From contig JACVIX010000003.1 in NCBI GenBank assembly GCA_015711725.1, forward strand, positions 1-54,972: a stretch of 54,972 nucleotides of DNA, in the 5' to 3' direction. Below the pieces are notes generated by a model that had not been told where the DNA came from, searched no databases, and was given only the letters and a program-made list of their open reading frames with translations. This document shows, piece after piece, positions 38,985-49,487 of this stretch. Position numbers and translations under genes: made by a program. The stretch is from Candidatus Geothermincola primus (lineage in GTDB: Bacteria; Actinomycetota; Geothermincolia; Geothermincolales; Geothermincolaceae). How positions within the stretch are numbered: position 1 is the first letter of the stretch; the number at the start of each line of letters is the position of its first letter.

Positions 38985-41900
38985 AAGAAAAGATATAAAT
39001 AAGATTATGATAATCGGGTCAGGTCCCATTATTATATCCCAGGCTTGCGAATTCGACTACTCCGGTACTCAGGCATGCAAAGCCTTAAAGGAGGAGGGTT
39101 ACCAGATCGTGCTGGTAAACTCCAACCCAGCCACTATTATGACCGACCCGGAGATGGCCGACCGTACCTATATCGAGCCAATCACTCCCCAGGTAGTGGC
39201 GGAGATCATCGCCAAGGAAAGGCCCCAGGCTTTGCTGCCCACTCTTGGAGGGCAGACTGGCCTTAACACCGCGGTCAAAGTGGCGGAGATGGGAGTGCTG
39301 GACGAATATGGGGTGGAGATGATCGGGGCCAACATGGAAGCCATTAAAAAGGCGGAAGACCGCGATCTCTTCAGGGAGGCCATGCGCTCCATCGGGCTGG
39401 ACCTTCCCCGTTCCGGACTGGCACACAATATGGATGAAGCCAGGAAGGTGGTGGAGGAATTGGGCTTTCCAGTGATCATACGTCCCGCTTTTACCTTGGG
39501 AGGCACTGGCGGTGGAGTGGCTTACCATCAGGAGGAGTTCGAGCGGGTGGCCTCCAGTGGTTTGGCCTCTTCCATGATCAGCGAGATACTCATCGAGGAA
39601 TCGGTGATAGGCTGGAAGGAATATGAGTTGGAAGTGATGAGAGACCTAGCGGACAACGTGGTGATCATCTGCTCCATTGAGAACTTCGACGCCATGGGGG
39701 TGCACACGGGAGATTCCATCACCGTGGCCCCTGCCCAGACCCTCACCGATCGGGAGTACCAATTGATGAGGGACGCGGCCATCGCCATCATACGGGAGAT
39801 TGGAGTGGAGACAGGGGGGTCCAATATACAGTTCGCCATCGATCCCCGGGATGGTCGGATGGTGGTTATAGAGATGAACCCCAGGGTCTCGCGCTCCTCC
39901 GCCCTTGCTTCCAAGGCCACCGGTTTCCCTATCGCCAAGATAGCCGCCAAGCTGGCGGTAGGATATACCCTGGATGAGATACCCAACGACATCACCAAGG
40001 AGACGCCGGCTTCTTTTGAGCCCACCATCGATTACTGCGTGGTGAAGATCCCCCGCTTCGCCTTCGAAAAATTCCCTGGCGCCGACCCCACCCTAGGCGT
40101 CTCCATGAAATCGGTGGGGGAAGTGATGGCTATAGGACGGACCTTCAAGGAAGCTCTTCAGAAGGGCATCCGCAGCCTGGAAAAGGGCCACTATGGCTTG
40201 GGCGGATACGGCAAGGAGCTTTTAGATATAAGTGGCGCTAGCGATCCGGAAGTGCGGGAGGACTTACTGGGAAAGGTCCGGGAAAAATTAGCCCGACCCA
40301 ATGACGAACGGTTCTTTTTCATAAGATATGGGTTTCTTCTGGGGATGAGCGTCAAGGAGATCAGCGAACTCTCCCACATCGACCCCTGGTTTCTTTACAA
40401 TATGAAAGAAATCGTGGATGAGGAGCTCAAGCTGGGGTCGGGGCTAAGCGGGGAAATGGAAGCCGAGGAACTCTACCAAGCCAAGTCCCTAGGGTTCTCC
40501 GATATTCAACTCGCCCATCTTCTAGGGATAAAAGAGGAGGAGGTGAGAGAGAGGAGAAGATCGCTGGGGATAAGGCCAGCCTTCAAGCTGGTGGATACCT
40601 GCGCGGCGGAGTTCGAGGCTTATACCCCTTATTATTATTCCACTTACGAGCGCGAGAAGGAGCCAATTTCCGCCTCTAGGCGCAGGCCGGGCAAGAAGGT
40701 GATGATTCTGGGGGGAGGTCCCAATCGCATCGGTCAGGGTATAGAGTTCGATTACTGCTGTGTGCATGCCTCCTTCGCGCTGAGGGAAGAAGGATACCAA
40801 TCAATCATGGTCAACAACAACCCAGAGACCGTATCCACAGATTACGACGTGTCCGATTTCTTATATTTTGAGCCGCTCACTTTAGAGGATGTGCTGGAGA
40901 TAATGGACGAGGAGAAGCCGGATGGCCTTATCGTTCAATTTGGCGGTCAGACCCCTCTGAATCTCTCCATTCCCTTGATGCGAGCGGGCGCGCCCATCAT
41001 CGGAACCAGTCCCGAATCCATCGACCGGGCAGAGGATCGCGATCGCTTCAAAGAAATGCTCTTCAAGTTAGGCCTGCTCCAGCCAGAAAACGGAACGGCC
41101 ATGTCGGTGGAGGAGGCTAGGGAGGTGGCGGAAAGGATCGGTTATCCTCTGGTGGTAAGGCCTTCTTATGTGTTGGGGGGCAGGGGGATGGAGATCGTGT
41201 ACGATCCGGCCTCCCTGGAAGATTTTATACGCGAGGCGGTGGAGGCATCCCCGGACCATCCGGTGCTCATCGATAAGTTTCTTGAGGACGCTATCGAGAT
41301 AGACGTGGATGCGGTCTCCGATGGACGCGAAGTGGTGATCGCCGGAATCATGGAACATATCGAGGAAGCAGGCATCCACTCGGGTGACTCCGCCTGTTCG
41401 CTGCCGCCCTTCAGCTTGGATCCTCCCATGCTACAGAAGATCAAGGAAGCTACCTACGCTCTGGCCAGGGAGCTGGAAGTGGTGGGCCTGATGAACGTGC
41501 AGATGGCGGTGAAAGAGGAGAGGCTTTACATCCTTGAGGTAAACCCACGAGCTTCCCGGACAGTGCCCTATGTCTCTAAAGTCACAGGCATCCCCTGGGC
41601 AAAAGTGGCCACCAAGGTTATGATCGGAAAGAGTCTGCGGGAGCAGGGGATTTTAACGGAGGTGGCAGTTCCCCACTTCGCGGTGAAGGAAGCGGTGCTG
41701 CCCTTCAACCGCTTTTTCGGCGTGGACACCATACTGGGACCGGAGATGAAGTCCACTGGGGAGGTGATGGGCATAGACATGGACTTGGGCATGGCCTTCG
41801 CCAAGTCGCAGATGGCCGCGGGCTCAGCTCTCCCCACCTATGGCAATATCTTCATTAGCGTGAAGGATGCCGATAAAAAAGATATAATACCCATCTCCCG

Positions 41901-42252
41901 CAGATTGCACCAGTTGGGTTTCAACCTATTGGCCACTCGAGGAACCGCCTCGGTTCTGGAACGCGTGGGCCTTCCAGTGACTAGGATAAACAAGATGCAC
42001 GAGGACCGCCCCCACGTGGTGGATTATATGCGCAACGGAGAGATACAACTGATCATTAACACTCCATCGGGAAAGAGGCCCCGCTCCGACCAGATCTCCA
42101 TCCGCAGCTACGCGGTGATGTACAATATCCCTTTGATTACCACCCTCAAAGCGGCTCAGGCGGTGACCTATGGAATCGAATCTTTGCAGTCCAAGGGGCT
42201 GGGAGTGAAGCCCATTCAAGAATGGTATTCCTACATCAGGACGCGGCGTTAG
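38977..42252 (+). CDS. carB: Carbamoyl-phosphate synthase large subunit
   Basis: [22 protein letters not shown], two ATP-grasp domains (HTGDS/HSGDS, EMNPR/EVNPR), C-terminal MGS-like domain. Confidence 0.98.
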   Translation: MPRRKDINKIMIIGSGPIIISQACEFDYSGTQACKALKEEGYQIVLVNSNPATIMTDPEMADRTYIEPITPQVVAEIIAKERPQALLPTLGGQTGLNTAVKVAEMGVLDEYGVEMIGANMEAIKKAEDRDLFREAMRSIGLDLPRSGLAHNMDEARKVVEELGFPVIIRPAFTLGGTGGGVAYHQEEFERVASSGLASSMISEILIEESVIGWKEYELEVMRDLADNVVIICSIENFDAMGVHTGDSITVAPAQTLTDREYQLMRDAAIAIIREIGVETGGSNIQFAIDPRDGRMVVIEMNPRVSRSSALASKATGFPIAKIAAKLAVGYTLDEIPNDITKETPASFEPTIDYCVVKIPRFAFEKFPGADPTLGVSMKSVGEVMAIGRTFKEALQKGIRSLEKGHYGLGGYGKELLDISGASDPEVREDLLGKVREKLARPNDERFFFIRYGFLLGMSVKEISELSHIDPWFLYNMKEIVDEELKLGSGLSGEMEAEELYQAKSLGFSDIQLAHLLGIKEEEVRERRRSLGIRPAFKLVDTCAAEFEAYTPYYYSTYEREKEPISASRRRPGKKVMILGGGPNRIGQGIEFDYCCVHASFALREEGYQSIMVNNNPETVSTDYDVSDFLYFEPLTLEDVLEIMDEEKPDGLIVQFGGQTPLNLSIPLMRAGAPIIGTSPESIDRAEDRDRFKEMLFKLGLLQPENGTAMSVEEAREVAERIGYPLVVRPSYVLGGRGMEIVYDPASLEDFIREAVEASPDHPVLIDKFLEDAIEIDVDAVSDGREVVIAGIMEHIEEAGIHSGDSACSLPPFSLDPPMLQKIKEATYALARELEVVGLMNVQMAVKEERLYILEVNPRASRTVPYVSKVTGIPWAKVATKVMIGKSLREQGILTEVAVPHFAVKEAVLPFNRFFGVDTILGPEMKSTGEVMGIDMDLGMAFAKSQMAAGSALPTYGNIFISVKDADKKDIIPISRRLHQLGFNLLATRGTASVLERVGLPVTRINKMHEDRPHVVDYMRNGEIQLIINTPSGKRPRSDQISIRSYAVMYNIPLITTLKAAQAVTYGIESLQSKGLGVKPIQEWYSYIRTRR

Positions 42253-42903
42253 TTGGATACCTATCGTTATCCTTCACCAATAGAGTTTAACAACCATAAG
42301 CTCATATAGATCCCGAGGTTGGAATTTCCGTCAGGGTGTTAAATCTATGATGTGGCTTTCAAAACAATTTAGGTGGCGCCAAGGGCCGGTGAGGTTTAAT
42401 CAAGGCTAAGTGTCAACTTAATAATATTACCCATATCATGATTTACATAAGAACCAATGTACGCTTCGTTCTATCACCGATTATTTTTCGCGAGAACCGA
42501 TATCTCCACAAATTTACAAAACGTTAATTATGGCAATCATCGATTGAGATGATTGCGGGCCGGGGGATAATGAGGGTCATTAATACCCGATGACGCCCGG
42601 GGGTTTCAAGTCTTCTCCCGGGATCCACCCATCGGTTCCATAAAAGGGACATAAGAAACCCTGTGAACTTGGATAGATTTCCGTGCCAAGGTCTAATTTT
42701 TCTGTGAACCGGGCTCTCTTATTGAATCAAGAACTGGGGATATTTATATTTATAGCTTTTTGTTTGGCTTTTGCTATTATTTCGGAAATTTTTTATTTAA
42801 GATAATGATGGAATGGTTATTCTCATAATTGAGTTTTTAATTATGACTAAAACCGGGAAGTGTAACCGATTGTCGAGCAGCGCGAAATAAGGTGGTTTGT
42901 GAT

Positions 42904-43743
42904 ATGACAGTAGCGGTGGTGACCGACAGCCAGACCTGTATCCCATCGGGGATCGCCAAAGAGCTGGAGATCTTCGTGCTCCCTTATACCATAAATCTCG
43001 ATGGCCGCCTCTTTCTTGATGGAGTGGACATAACCCCCGAGGAGTTCTATCGCATACAACCCAGCCTGTCGGAGGCAGCCACCACCTCGGCAATATCTCC
43101 CGGCGCTTTTATCAATGCTTTGGAGAGTCTATCTGCGAGTTTTGATAGTATTTTGATAATCACCATTGCCTCCACCATGAGTGGTACATATAACAGCGCT
43201 TGTATAGCGGCGAAATCCTTCGATAAAGTCCCGGTCGCCGTTTTCGATTCACGTACGGCGGCTATGGCACAAGGTCTGGTGGTCTTGGAGATAGCCGAGG
43301 CGGCTAGAGAGGGCGCAACATTGGATGAATGCCTGGATTTAGCGAATATAAGAGCGAAGGAAGTGGAGCTCTTCGCCTATATCTCCACTTTCGAGTATTT
43401 GCGCAAGAGCGGAAGGGTCAACGCGATTACTGCCTTGACTGGGGAAGCCCTATCCATAAAGCCAGTCTTCCGTTTTAAGGATGCAAAAGCCACCGTCTCC
43501 GCCAAAAAGCGTTCCGCTGAGAAGGCCCGCGTCTTCATCGCGGATGAAGCTTACCGATACTTCCAGCGTAAAGGGTCAGTGCGGGCCTCTGTTTTCCATG
43601 CCCATGCCCAAAGTGAGGCCGAGGAACTCTTGCTCCTCATCAAGGATAGGGTGGAGCTTCAAAGGGAAATCATACTTTCGGAATTCACCCCGGTGATGGG
43701 TTGTCATACTGGACCGGGTGTGGTGGGGGCTGCGTTCCTTTAA
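42904..43743 (+). CDS. DegV family fatty-acid binding protein (FakB-like)
   Basis: VVTDS, TTSA.SPG, SGTYNSA, DSR, YLRKSGR, IKP, HTGPG. Confidence 0.93.
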   Translation: MTVAVVTDSQTCIPSGIAKELEIFVLPYTINLDGRLFLDGVDITPEEFYRIQPSLSEAATTSAISPGAFINALESLSASFDSILIITIASTMSGTYNSACIAAKSFDKVPVAVFDSRTAAMAQGLVVLEIAEAAREGATLDECLDLANIRAKEVELFAYISTFEYLRKSGRVNAITALTGEALSIKPVFRFKDAKATVSAKKRSAEKARVFIADEAYRYFQRKGSVRASVFHAHAQSEAEELLLLIKDRVELQREIILSEFTPVMGCHTGPGVVGAAFL

Positions 43744-44043
43744 TTTCCCACTCACCCCTGCGTTTAAATATGGTCTTTGAGCACTTAATTAAGGAACAAT
43801 CGAGCATCGCATGAATAATAACCTTTCCCAACATTTTTTCCTTCAGGATAATTCATTTTAACCCGGAGCAATAAAGCGTCACATGCATGTTTCATCTCAT
43901 AAAATTAGGATCAATTAGAAATGTAAATGTTCAGGAGTTTCGCAGGCGGGTCTCCTTATTCTATGAAAGTGATTAATTTACAGTTCGTAAAATAACGATA
44001 AGCCCGAATACCCGAGGCTAACTCACCGCTTTCGACAATTTTT

Positions 44044-45381
44044 TCATCTATCGAGCCTCCGCCTGAGGGGCAGAAAAGACACGGAGGCGATAAGCACGCC
44101 AGAAGCGAACATGGCTATGGTCACTCCCCAGATGTGTAGTCTAAATAGCCCGAGATTTAGGTAGAAATCTCCAACCGTCCCCGCCAGCGCTCCCGCCAGC
44201 GCCGCCCCCAACATTAAAAAAATGCGGGAGATGGCGTGAAATATGGCGAACGCTTTGCCTCTGTTCTCGTCCTCGAAAATCTCCTGAACAATAGTGATTC
44301 CAGTTATAAAGATAATGGAGAAGGATGCTCCGAAGACTACTGCCGCCAGATATGCCATGAACATAACAGTTACCAGGGACATCCATATAAGGGTGCCCCC
44401 GGCGCAGAGTAACCCGAACTTGAAAATAACCCACTTGGCTCGCGTGCGCGAGAAAAATTGTAGCCCCACTAACCCAGATAGCATTCCCAAGCCAAAGAGG
44501 GCCATTAGGAAACCGAACTGGGTATCATTACCGCTTAAAACCTCATGGACATAGACTACTCCCGTGGCGAAGAGCCCGCCCCCGCCCAGGGTGCCTGTGG
44601 CCAAAGCGGCGGTGAGAGCGCGCATAGTGGGATCGCGAAACGCAAAGAGCAGAGTCGAACCAATATTGGCTTTCTCTTCCCCACTTTTTCTCTTCGCTAA
44701 TTTAAGGATTAAGGGTTTTTTAATTCGGGAGATCATGAGTGCGGAGAAGAAGAAGGTCAAAGCGTCGGCGATGAAAGGTAAAGAATATGGGTGATTGCGA
44801 AAGAACACGTTTTCCTCAAGCGCGCCCATGATTGGTGAGGTGCGTATCATCAGGAGAGCGAAAATGCCCGCTGATAGAGGAATGGACCCATAAGCGCTTC
44901 CCATGTTCATGGAGTTGGCTAAAGTAAGCTGGCCCTCGCTTTCCACCAGATTGGGAAGGCCGGCGTCTCTAGTCGATATATAGGTTACGGCGATAAATTC
45001 TATGCAAAATATGAGGATGTATAGGTAGATTAGGGAATTCAGCACCGCCGCGCAGAGGATCAGGGCTCCCCGTAGAATATCGCAGAATACCAGTATATGT
45101 TTACGGTTCCAGCGGTCACCGATCCAGCTAATCATGGCGCCGGAAAAGGCGGTGGGGATGATGCGTAACACCAGAAGCCCCGCTACCGCTCCCGCACTGT
45201 GGCTGCGATTCCATACTAGAGCCATGAGGGCGAAGGTGGCTAACCAGTCTCCTATGGAAGAGATGGACTGGCCCACCCACAAGCGACGGAAATCCGCGTT
45301 TGCCCAGAGGGATCTCAGATCAGCCCCCACCCCACCCTCTTTTTCTTTTGCGGGATTAATTTTTTCCTCCAATTGTTTCAA
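44044..45381 (-). CDS. Major facilitator superfamily transporter
   Basis: FRRLWVGQSISSIGDW, GDRWNRK motif A, DALTFFFSA, RGKAFA; about 12 TM segments. Confidence 0.92.
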   Translation of the reverse strand: MKQLEEKINPAKEKEGGVGADLRSLWANADFRRLWVGQSISSIGDWLATFALMALVWNRSHSAGAVAGLLVLRIIPTAFSGAMISWIGDRWNRKHILVFCDILRGALILCAAVLNSLIYLYILIFCIEFIAVTYISTRDAGLPNLVESEGQLTLANSMNMGSAYGSIPLSAGIFALLMIRTSPIMGALEENVFFRNHPYSLPFIADALTFFFSALMISRIKKPLILKLAKRKSGEEKANIGSTLLFAFRDPTMRALTAALATGTLGGGGLFATGVVYVHEVLSGNDTQFGFLMALFGLGMLSGLVGLQFFSRTRAKWVIFKFGLLCAGGTLIWMSLVTVMFMAYLAAVVFGASFSIIFITGITIVQEIFEDENRGKAFAIFHAISRIFLMLGAALAGALAGTVGDFYLNLGLFRLHIWGVTIAMFASGVLIASVSFLPLRRRLDR

Positions 45382-45758
45382 TCTTTCCCCGTTTCTAGTT
45401 GCGATGTCTAGATAGACCCTTACCAGAGTCGGATATGATCGTCATCTCCGCATCGTGAGAATTATTACTTATAATCATATACGTCCCGTTGTCGGAAATC
45501 AGGTGCGAAAAAATTAATGGGTAGCAAGCGGGAAAACGCCCCACGTAAAAGAAGTTACCCCCTTGGAATAATCGTCCCGATACCGTTTGACAAGTTGTGG
45601 ATGGCGATTTTTTCGAGATATCTTTCGCGGCGGAAAAATGGGGACACCCTCCCCACATATTCATAGCTATCGTCAGCTCTATCGGGTTTGGAGCACTAAT
45701 CTCCACGCACTTACCCCCGTCGACTTTGACCTGATCGCGCATCCATCATGTTTAAGAG

Positions 45759-46406
45759 TCACTTCTCGTGGTTGATTTCCGTCTCCCGATCGTAGACCAA
45801 TCGGTTCCACAATACCTTACCGGGGTCTTCCCTCAATTTCTTCTTTTTTAGGTACGGACTACCCTGCGCGCGACGGAGAATGGTAAGGACCAGCACCGCC
45901 AGGGTGAAGGCGATCAGCTCAGGAGGTCTTTCTAACCGCCAGGCGATTATCGGCAGAAGGGCTAGTCCCAGTAGGTTCATCTCCGCAGTGTGTCGGGTGA
46001 AGACTCCCAGGGTGAGAAATGCGGTCAGTGTGGCCCCCTCATAAGGAATTAAGATGAGCGTTCCGGCCAAAGCCATGGCCATACCGCGCCCTCCCTGGAA
46101 ACGCAGATAAAAGGGCCAATTGTGACCGGCGATTACCGCCAGACCACCACCCACTTGCCAACCTAGGCCCCAACCTAGTGAACGGATAATCAAAATAACC
46201 GCTACTTCTTCGGCGCAATCTAGAAAAAAGGCTATCGCCGCCTTACCTTTGCCCAATTGCAGAGAGAGGTTAGAAGCTCCTAAGTTGCCGCTGCCAGTTT
46301 TACGGAGGTCTATTCCCAACTTAAAACGAGCGAGGATGTAAGACAGGTTTATCGTGCCTAAGAGATAGGCTGCAACCAATATCAGGATTCTTGGTAGATA
46401 AACCAA
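45759..46406 (-). CDS. plsY: Acyl-phosphate:glycerol-3-phosphate acyltransferase PlsY
   Basis: YLLGTI, DLRKTGSGNLGASN, GHNWP.YLRFQGGRGMA motifs; TTG start after AAAGGAG. Confidence 0.88.
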   Translation of the reverse strand: MVYLPRILILVAAYLLGTINLSYILARFKLGIDLRKTGSGNLGASNLSLQLGKGKAAIAFFLDCAEEVAVILIIRSLGWGLGWQVGGGLAVIAGHNWPFYLRFQGGRGMAMALAGTLILIPYEGATLTAFLTLGVFTRHTAEMNLLGLALLPIIAWRLERPPELIAFTLAVLVLTILRRAQGSPYLKKKKLREDPGKVLWNRLVYDRETEINHEK

Positions 46407-46981
46407 AATAGGATCGATCTCCTTTATAGTTTAACCTAGATATGGAATATCCGAACCATAATTATGTTCATGATTATATTGAATGATGGCTCTCATCATT
46501 GCTAATTCTCCACTTTCCCCGCTTTTGGTTTAATTTGATTCTCCTGATGTCTCCCCGCGATGTCTTTACCATTCTATATTCTCCACTATCTCCGCATCGG
46601 TAATCTCCGTTACGATGGCCCTTTATAAATTCCAATTACAAAGGCGAGGGTTTAACGCTTTATATGTGAATATTTACTCCTAATTAAAGTTATTTCCTTC
46701 ATCTTGGAGCCCATTTAGTTTTTATGATAATTGGATATGAAAGAAGGTCTATTCCCCCCGTTTGTGTACCAATCATCATAAAAAGTTAATGATCATTAAT
46801 GTAAAAGAAATCCCAAGGCCTCTCACGCTATCATCATAATGAGTGCGATAGATTATTATCGGGACCTCGTCAATGAGGGGTTGGGCAAAGAGTTCCTCTC
46901 TAAAACAATTTCACGTTATACTGAGGATGTTAATGATATTAATCTTAATAAATAATAACCGAGGGAGGGAAGAGCCAAGCG

Positions 46982-47680
46982 ATGGAGGAGTTCATTCCGG
47001 CGAAACACCTGGAGGCGCTGGAGGAGATAAGCAAGGCGATAACCTCGGAGCTTTACCTCGAGGATATTCTCAAACTCATCGTCATGCTGACCGCTGAGGT
47101 AATGAACTCCAATACTTGTTCCCTGATGCTCCTGGACGAAAAGACCAAAGAGTTGCGCATCCGGGCGACCCAGTCCATCAGCGAGGAATACTTGAGCAAG
47201 CCCCCTCCCAGGTTGGGGGAGGGGATAGCAGGGTTAGTGGCGAAGTATGGCAAGCCCATCACCTCCCTGGACGTGAGGATGGACCCCCGATATTTAAACA
47301 AGGAGGTAGCGCGCAAAGAGGGGCTCTGTTCCTTGCTATCCGTGCCCATGATGGTCAAAGGGAGGATCATCGGGGTGCTCAACTGTTACACTTCCCAGCC
47401 CCACGAGTTCACCGAGGGGGAGATAAGGCTACTCACAGCGGTGGCATGCCAAGCGGCCATCGCCATAGAGAATACCGAGTTGATGGTGCGCACCCGGATT
47501 ATACAGGAGGAGTTGGAGACCCGCAAACTGGTGGAGAGGGCTAAGGATATCCTCATGCGGGACAGGGGGCTTTCCGGTGAGGAGGCTTATCGACGCATAC
47601 AGCGCAAATCCATGGACACCCGCAAGAGCATGCGGGAGATCGCCGAGGCCATCATCCTCGCCGACTTGGGCTACGATTGA
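46982..47680 (+). CDS. GAF + ANTAR RNA-binding antiterminator
   Basis: GAF domain (CSLMLLD, GEGIAG.VA, LLSVPM, IGVLN, AAIAIEN), then a coiled coil and ANTAR domain (LETRKLVERAKDILM...LS.EEAYRRIQRKSMDTRKSMREIAEAI). Confidence 0.95.
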   Translation: MEEFIPAKHLEALEEISKAITSELYLEDILKLIVMLTAEVMNSNTCSLMLLDEKTKELRIRATQSISEEYLSKPPPRLGEGIAGLVAKYGKPITSLDVRMDPRYLNKEVARKEGLCSLLSVPMMVKGRIIGVLNCYTSQPHEFTEGEIRLLTAVACQAAIAIENTELMVRTRIIQEELETRKLVERAKDILMRDRGLSGEEAYRRIQRKSMDTRKSMREIAEAIILADLGYD

Positions 47681-48889
47681 GATAATACGCGGGCGGAGTT
47701 GTTAATGAAAAAGTTAGCGGCGCCCTAAATACCTTGCGAAAACCCTGATCATAGATGAGATTAATTATTTACATAATGTAATATATTTGTTTTGCCCTCG
47801 CTTAATGCGAGAATTACCTAAATCACTCTCTGCCGCCCAATAAAGATATAGCCATATTCAATTGTCGAAATTCATGGAGACTAGTTGAAGGATAGCTAAT
47901 ACTTAACGAAGCGGGTAGGGAAGCGAACTCTTTATTTCCTATGAAGCATGTAATGGCTAAATTCAGGGAAAAAAGCTCTATCATATGATGAAACCGTAGA
48001 GAAAAATGGAATATCGACGGTATTGAAAATAAGCGGAAGAGATGGAGATTAGGCGAACAGGTTAGTCGAGCCATTCCTAAGAAGTTGAGGATAGGGGCGC
48101 GCAGAAAGAATGACAAAAGGAGGGATAACGAGATGACAGGGTGGCTGGATCGATTCCAAAGAAGGGAAAGAAAGAGATGCGTGGAAGCGCGCACAAATTC
48201 AGAGAAAGACAGCTGGCGTAGGCCAGGTTCTTGTGGCTCTGGCGGGCTCGAGCATGCTGATCGACTCATTTCTCCTCGCCGTACGGGATACCACCGCTTT
48301 CAAAAAAGTAGCCCGGATATGCTTACCACCTTGCTTTTCATATTGGGGTTGTTTAACTTTCTCGGCCTCCTGGCAGTTATTTCGATCATGATGAATTGGT
48401 CTCGCCGACTTAAGTTGTCTTGGAAATAGAAGATCATTCCCTACGATCTTGCCCGTATTTTTCTGGAAAATGTTAAAATCTATTATTCTGACGCACTTAT
48501 GTGGTTTCGCCCTCACTTATGGCTTCTAGACTTTGCTCATGCCTGGTATCAGTTGAATAAAAAGCGTTTCCAAGAAGCTCTTCGACTTCTTCAAAGAGAA
48601 TTATCCAGACGTTTCGCTAGGCTATAGCAAAGAGCTGGTCAGGCGAGACAGGAAAGGTCCTTTTTCTGTGAGATAAAATCCCCAGAGGCTAATAAAAGAT
48701 GAAAAAACCGCTATTAATTGACTCTGGCGAGGCCGGCACGCCAATTCTTAAATATTCCGATCCATCTTCTTCGCTTCGAATAAATGAGGTTTGATCTTGG
48801 TAAATATAGTCCTCCCTAATCATTTGGATTTATGTTTTATTAATATATTATTGAATTTTATGGAGAGCGCCTTAGAATAACTTCTATGC

Positions 48890-48918
48890 TTGACACCGCA
48901 ATATGGTTCACTTAATAT
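48890..48918 (+). promoter_or_regulatory. Sigma70-type promoter of the redox/glutamate-synthase-like operon
   Basis: TTGACA (48890-48895), 17-nt spacer, TAATAT (48913-48918), with AT-rich upstream DNA. Confidence 0.75.
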
Positions 48919-48934
48919 TTTTCAAGATAGTTAT

Positions 48935-48967
48935 GCACAATGATGTGCTAATTTGACGGAGTCGTCG
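48935..48967 (+). promoter_or_regulatory. ANTAR-target dual-hexaloop RNA motif
   Basis: P1 GCAC-AATGAT-GTGC (loop A1/G4, C-G closing pair), 6-nt linker, P2 GAC-GGAGTC-GTC (G4 kept, G at position 1); P2 overlaps the terminator 5' arm. Confidence 0.8.
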
Positions 48968-48986
48968 TGAAGATGGCTCTTTTTTT
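48959..48986 (+). terminator. Leader attenuator terminator
   Basis: GAGTCGTC-gtgaa-GATGGCTC stem (2 G-U pairs) followed by T7, ending 21 nt before the start codon at 49008. Confidence 0.8.
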
Positions 48987-49007
48987 GTTGAAGAGGGAGA
49001 TGGTTGT

Positions 49008-49487
49008 ATGGAAGAAGACGTAAGACCAGAAGTTCAGGTGATGGAGAGGTATGGATATGAGCGAAGTTATCTTATATCCATTCTTCACGAGGTGCAGAAA
49101 GAATATCAATACTTACCAGAGCAAGCGTTACGTAACGTTGCTGCGGGGATGGGCATCTCTCTGGTGGATATTTATGGTGTGGCTACTTTTTTCAAAGCAT
49201 TTTCTCTCAAACCCAAGGGCAAACATTCCATCGTGCTCTGTATGGGCACGGCTTGTCATGTGCGTAACTCCCGAGGGCTGTTGGAAGAAGCCCGCCGTTT
49301 CCTGGGTATCGAGCCTGGGGATACCACTGATGATCTGCTTTTCTCGTTGGATACGGTGAATTGCTTAGGAGCCTGTGCCTTGGGGCCCATAGCGGTAATT
49401 GATGGTGAATATCACGGTCAGATGACACCGGCGAAGATGGAAAGACTGCTGAAGAAGCTGGCAAAAGAAGAGGGTGTGAGAAAATGA
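49008..49487 (+). CDS. NuoE/HydC-like [2Fe-2S] subunit
   Basis: LISILHEVQ..Y.YLP, YGVATFF, CMGTACHV, VNCLGACALGP. Confidence 0.93.
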   Translation: MEEDVRPEVQVMERYGYERSYLISILHEVQKEYQYLPEQALRNVAAGMGISLVDIYGVATFFKAFSLKPKGKHSIVLCMGTACHVRNSRGLLEEARRFLGIEPGDTTDDLLFSLDTVNCLGACALGPIAVIDGEYHGQMTPAKMERLLKKLAKEEGVRK

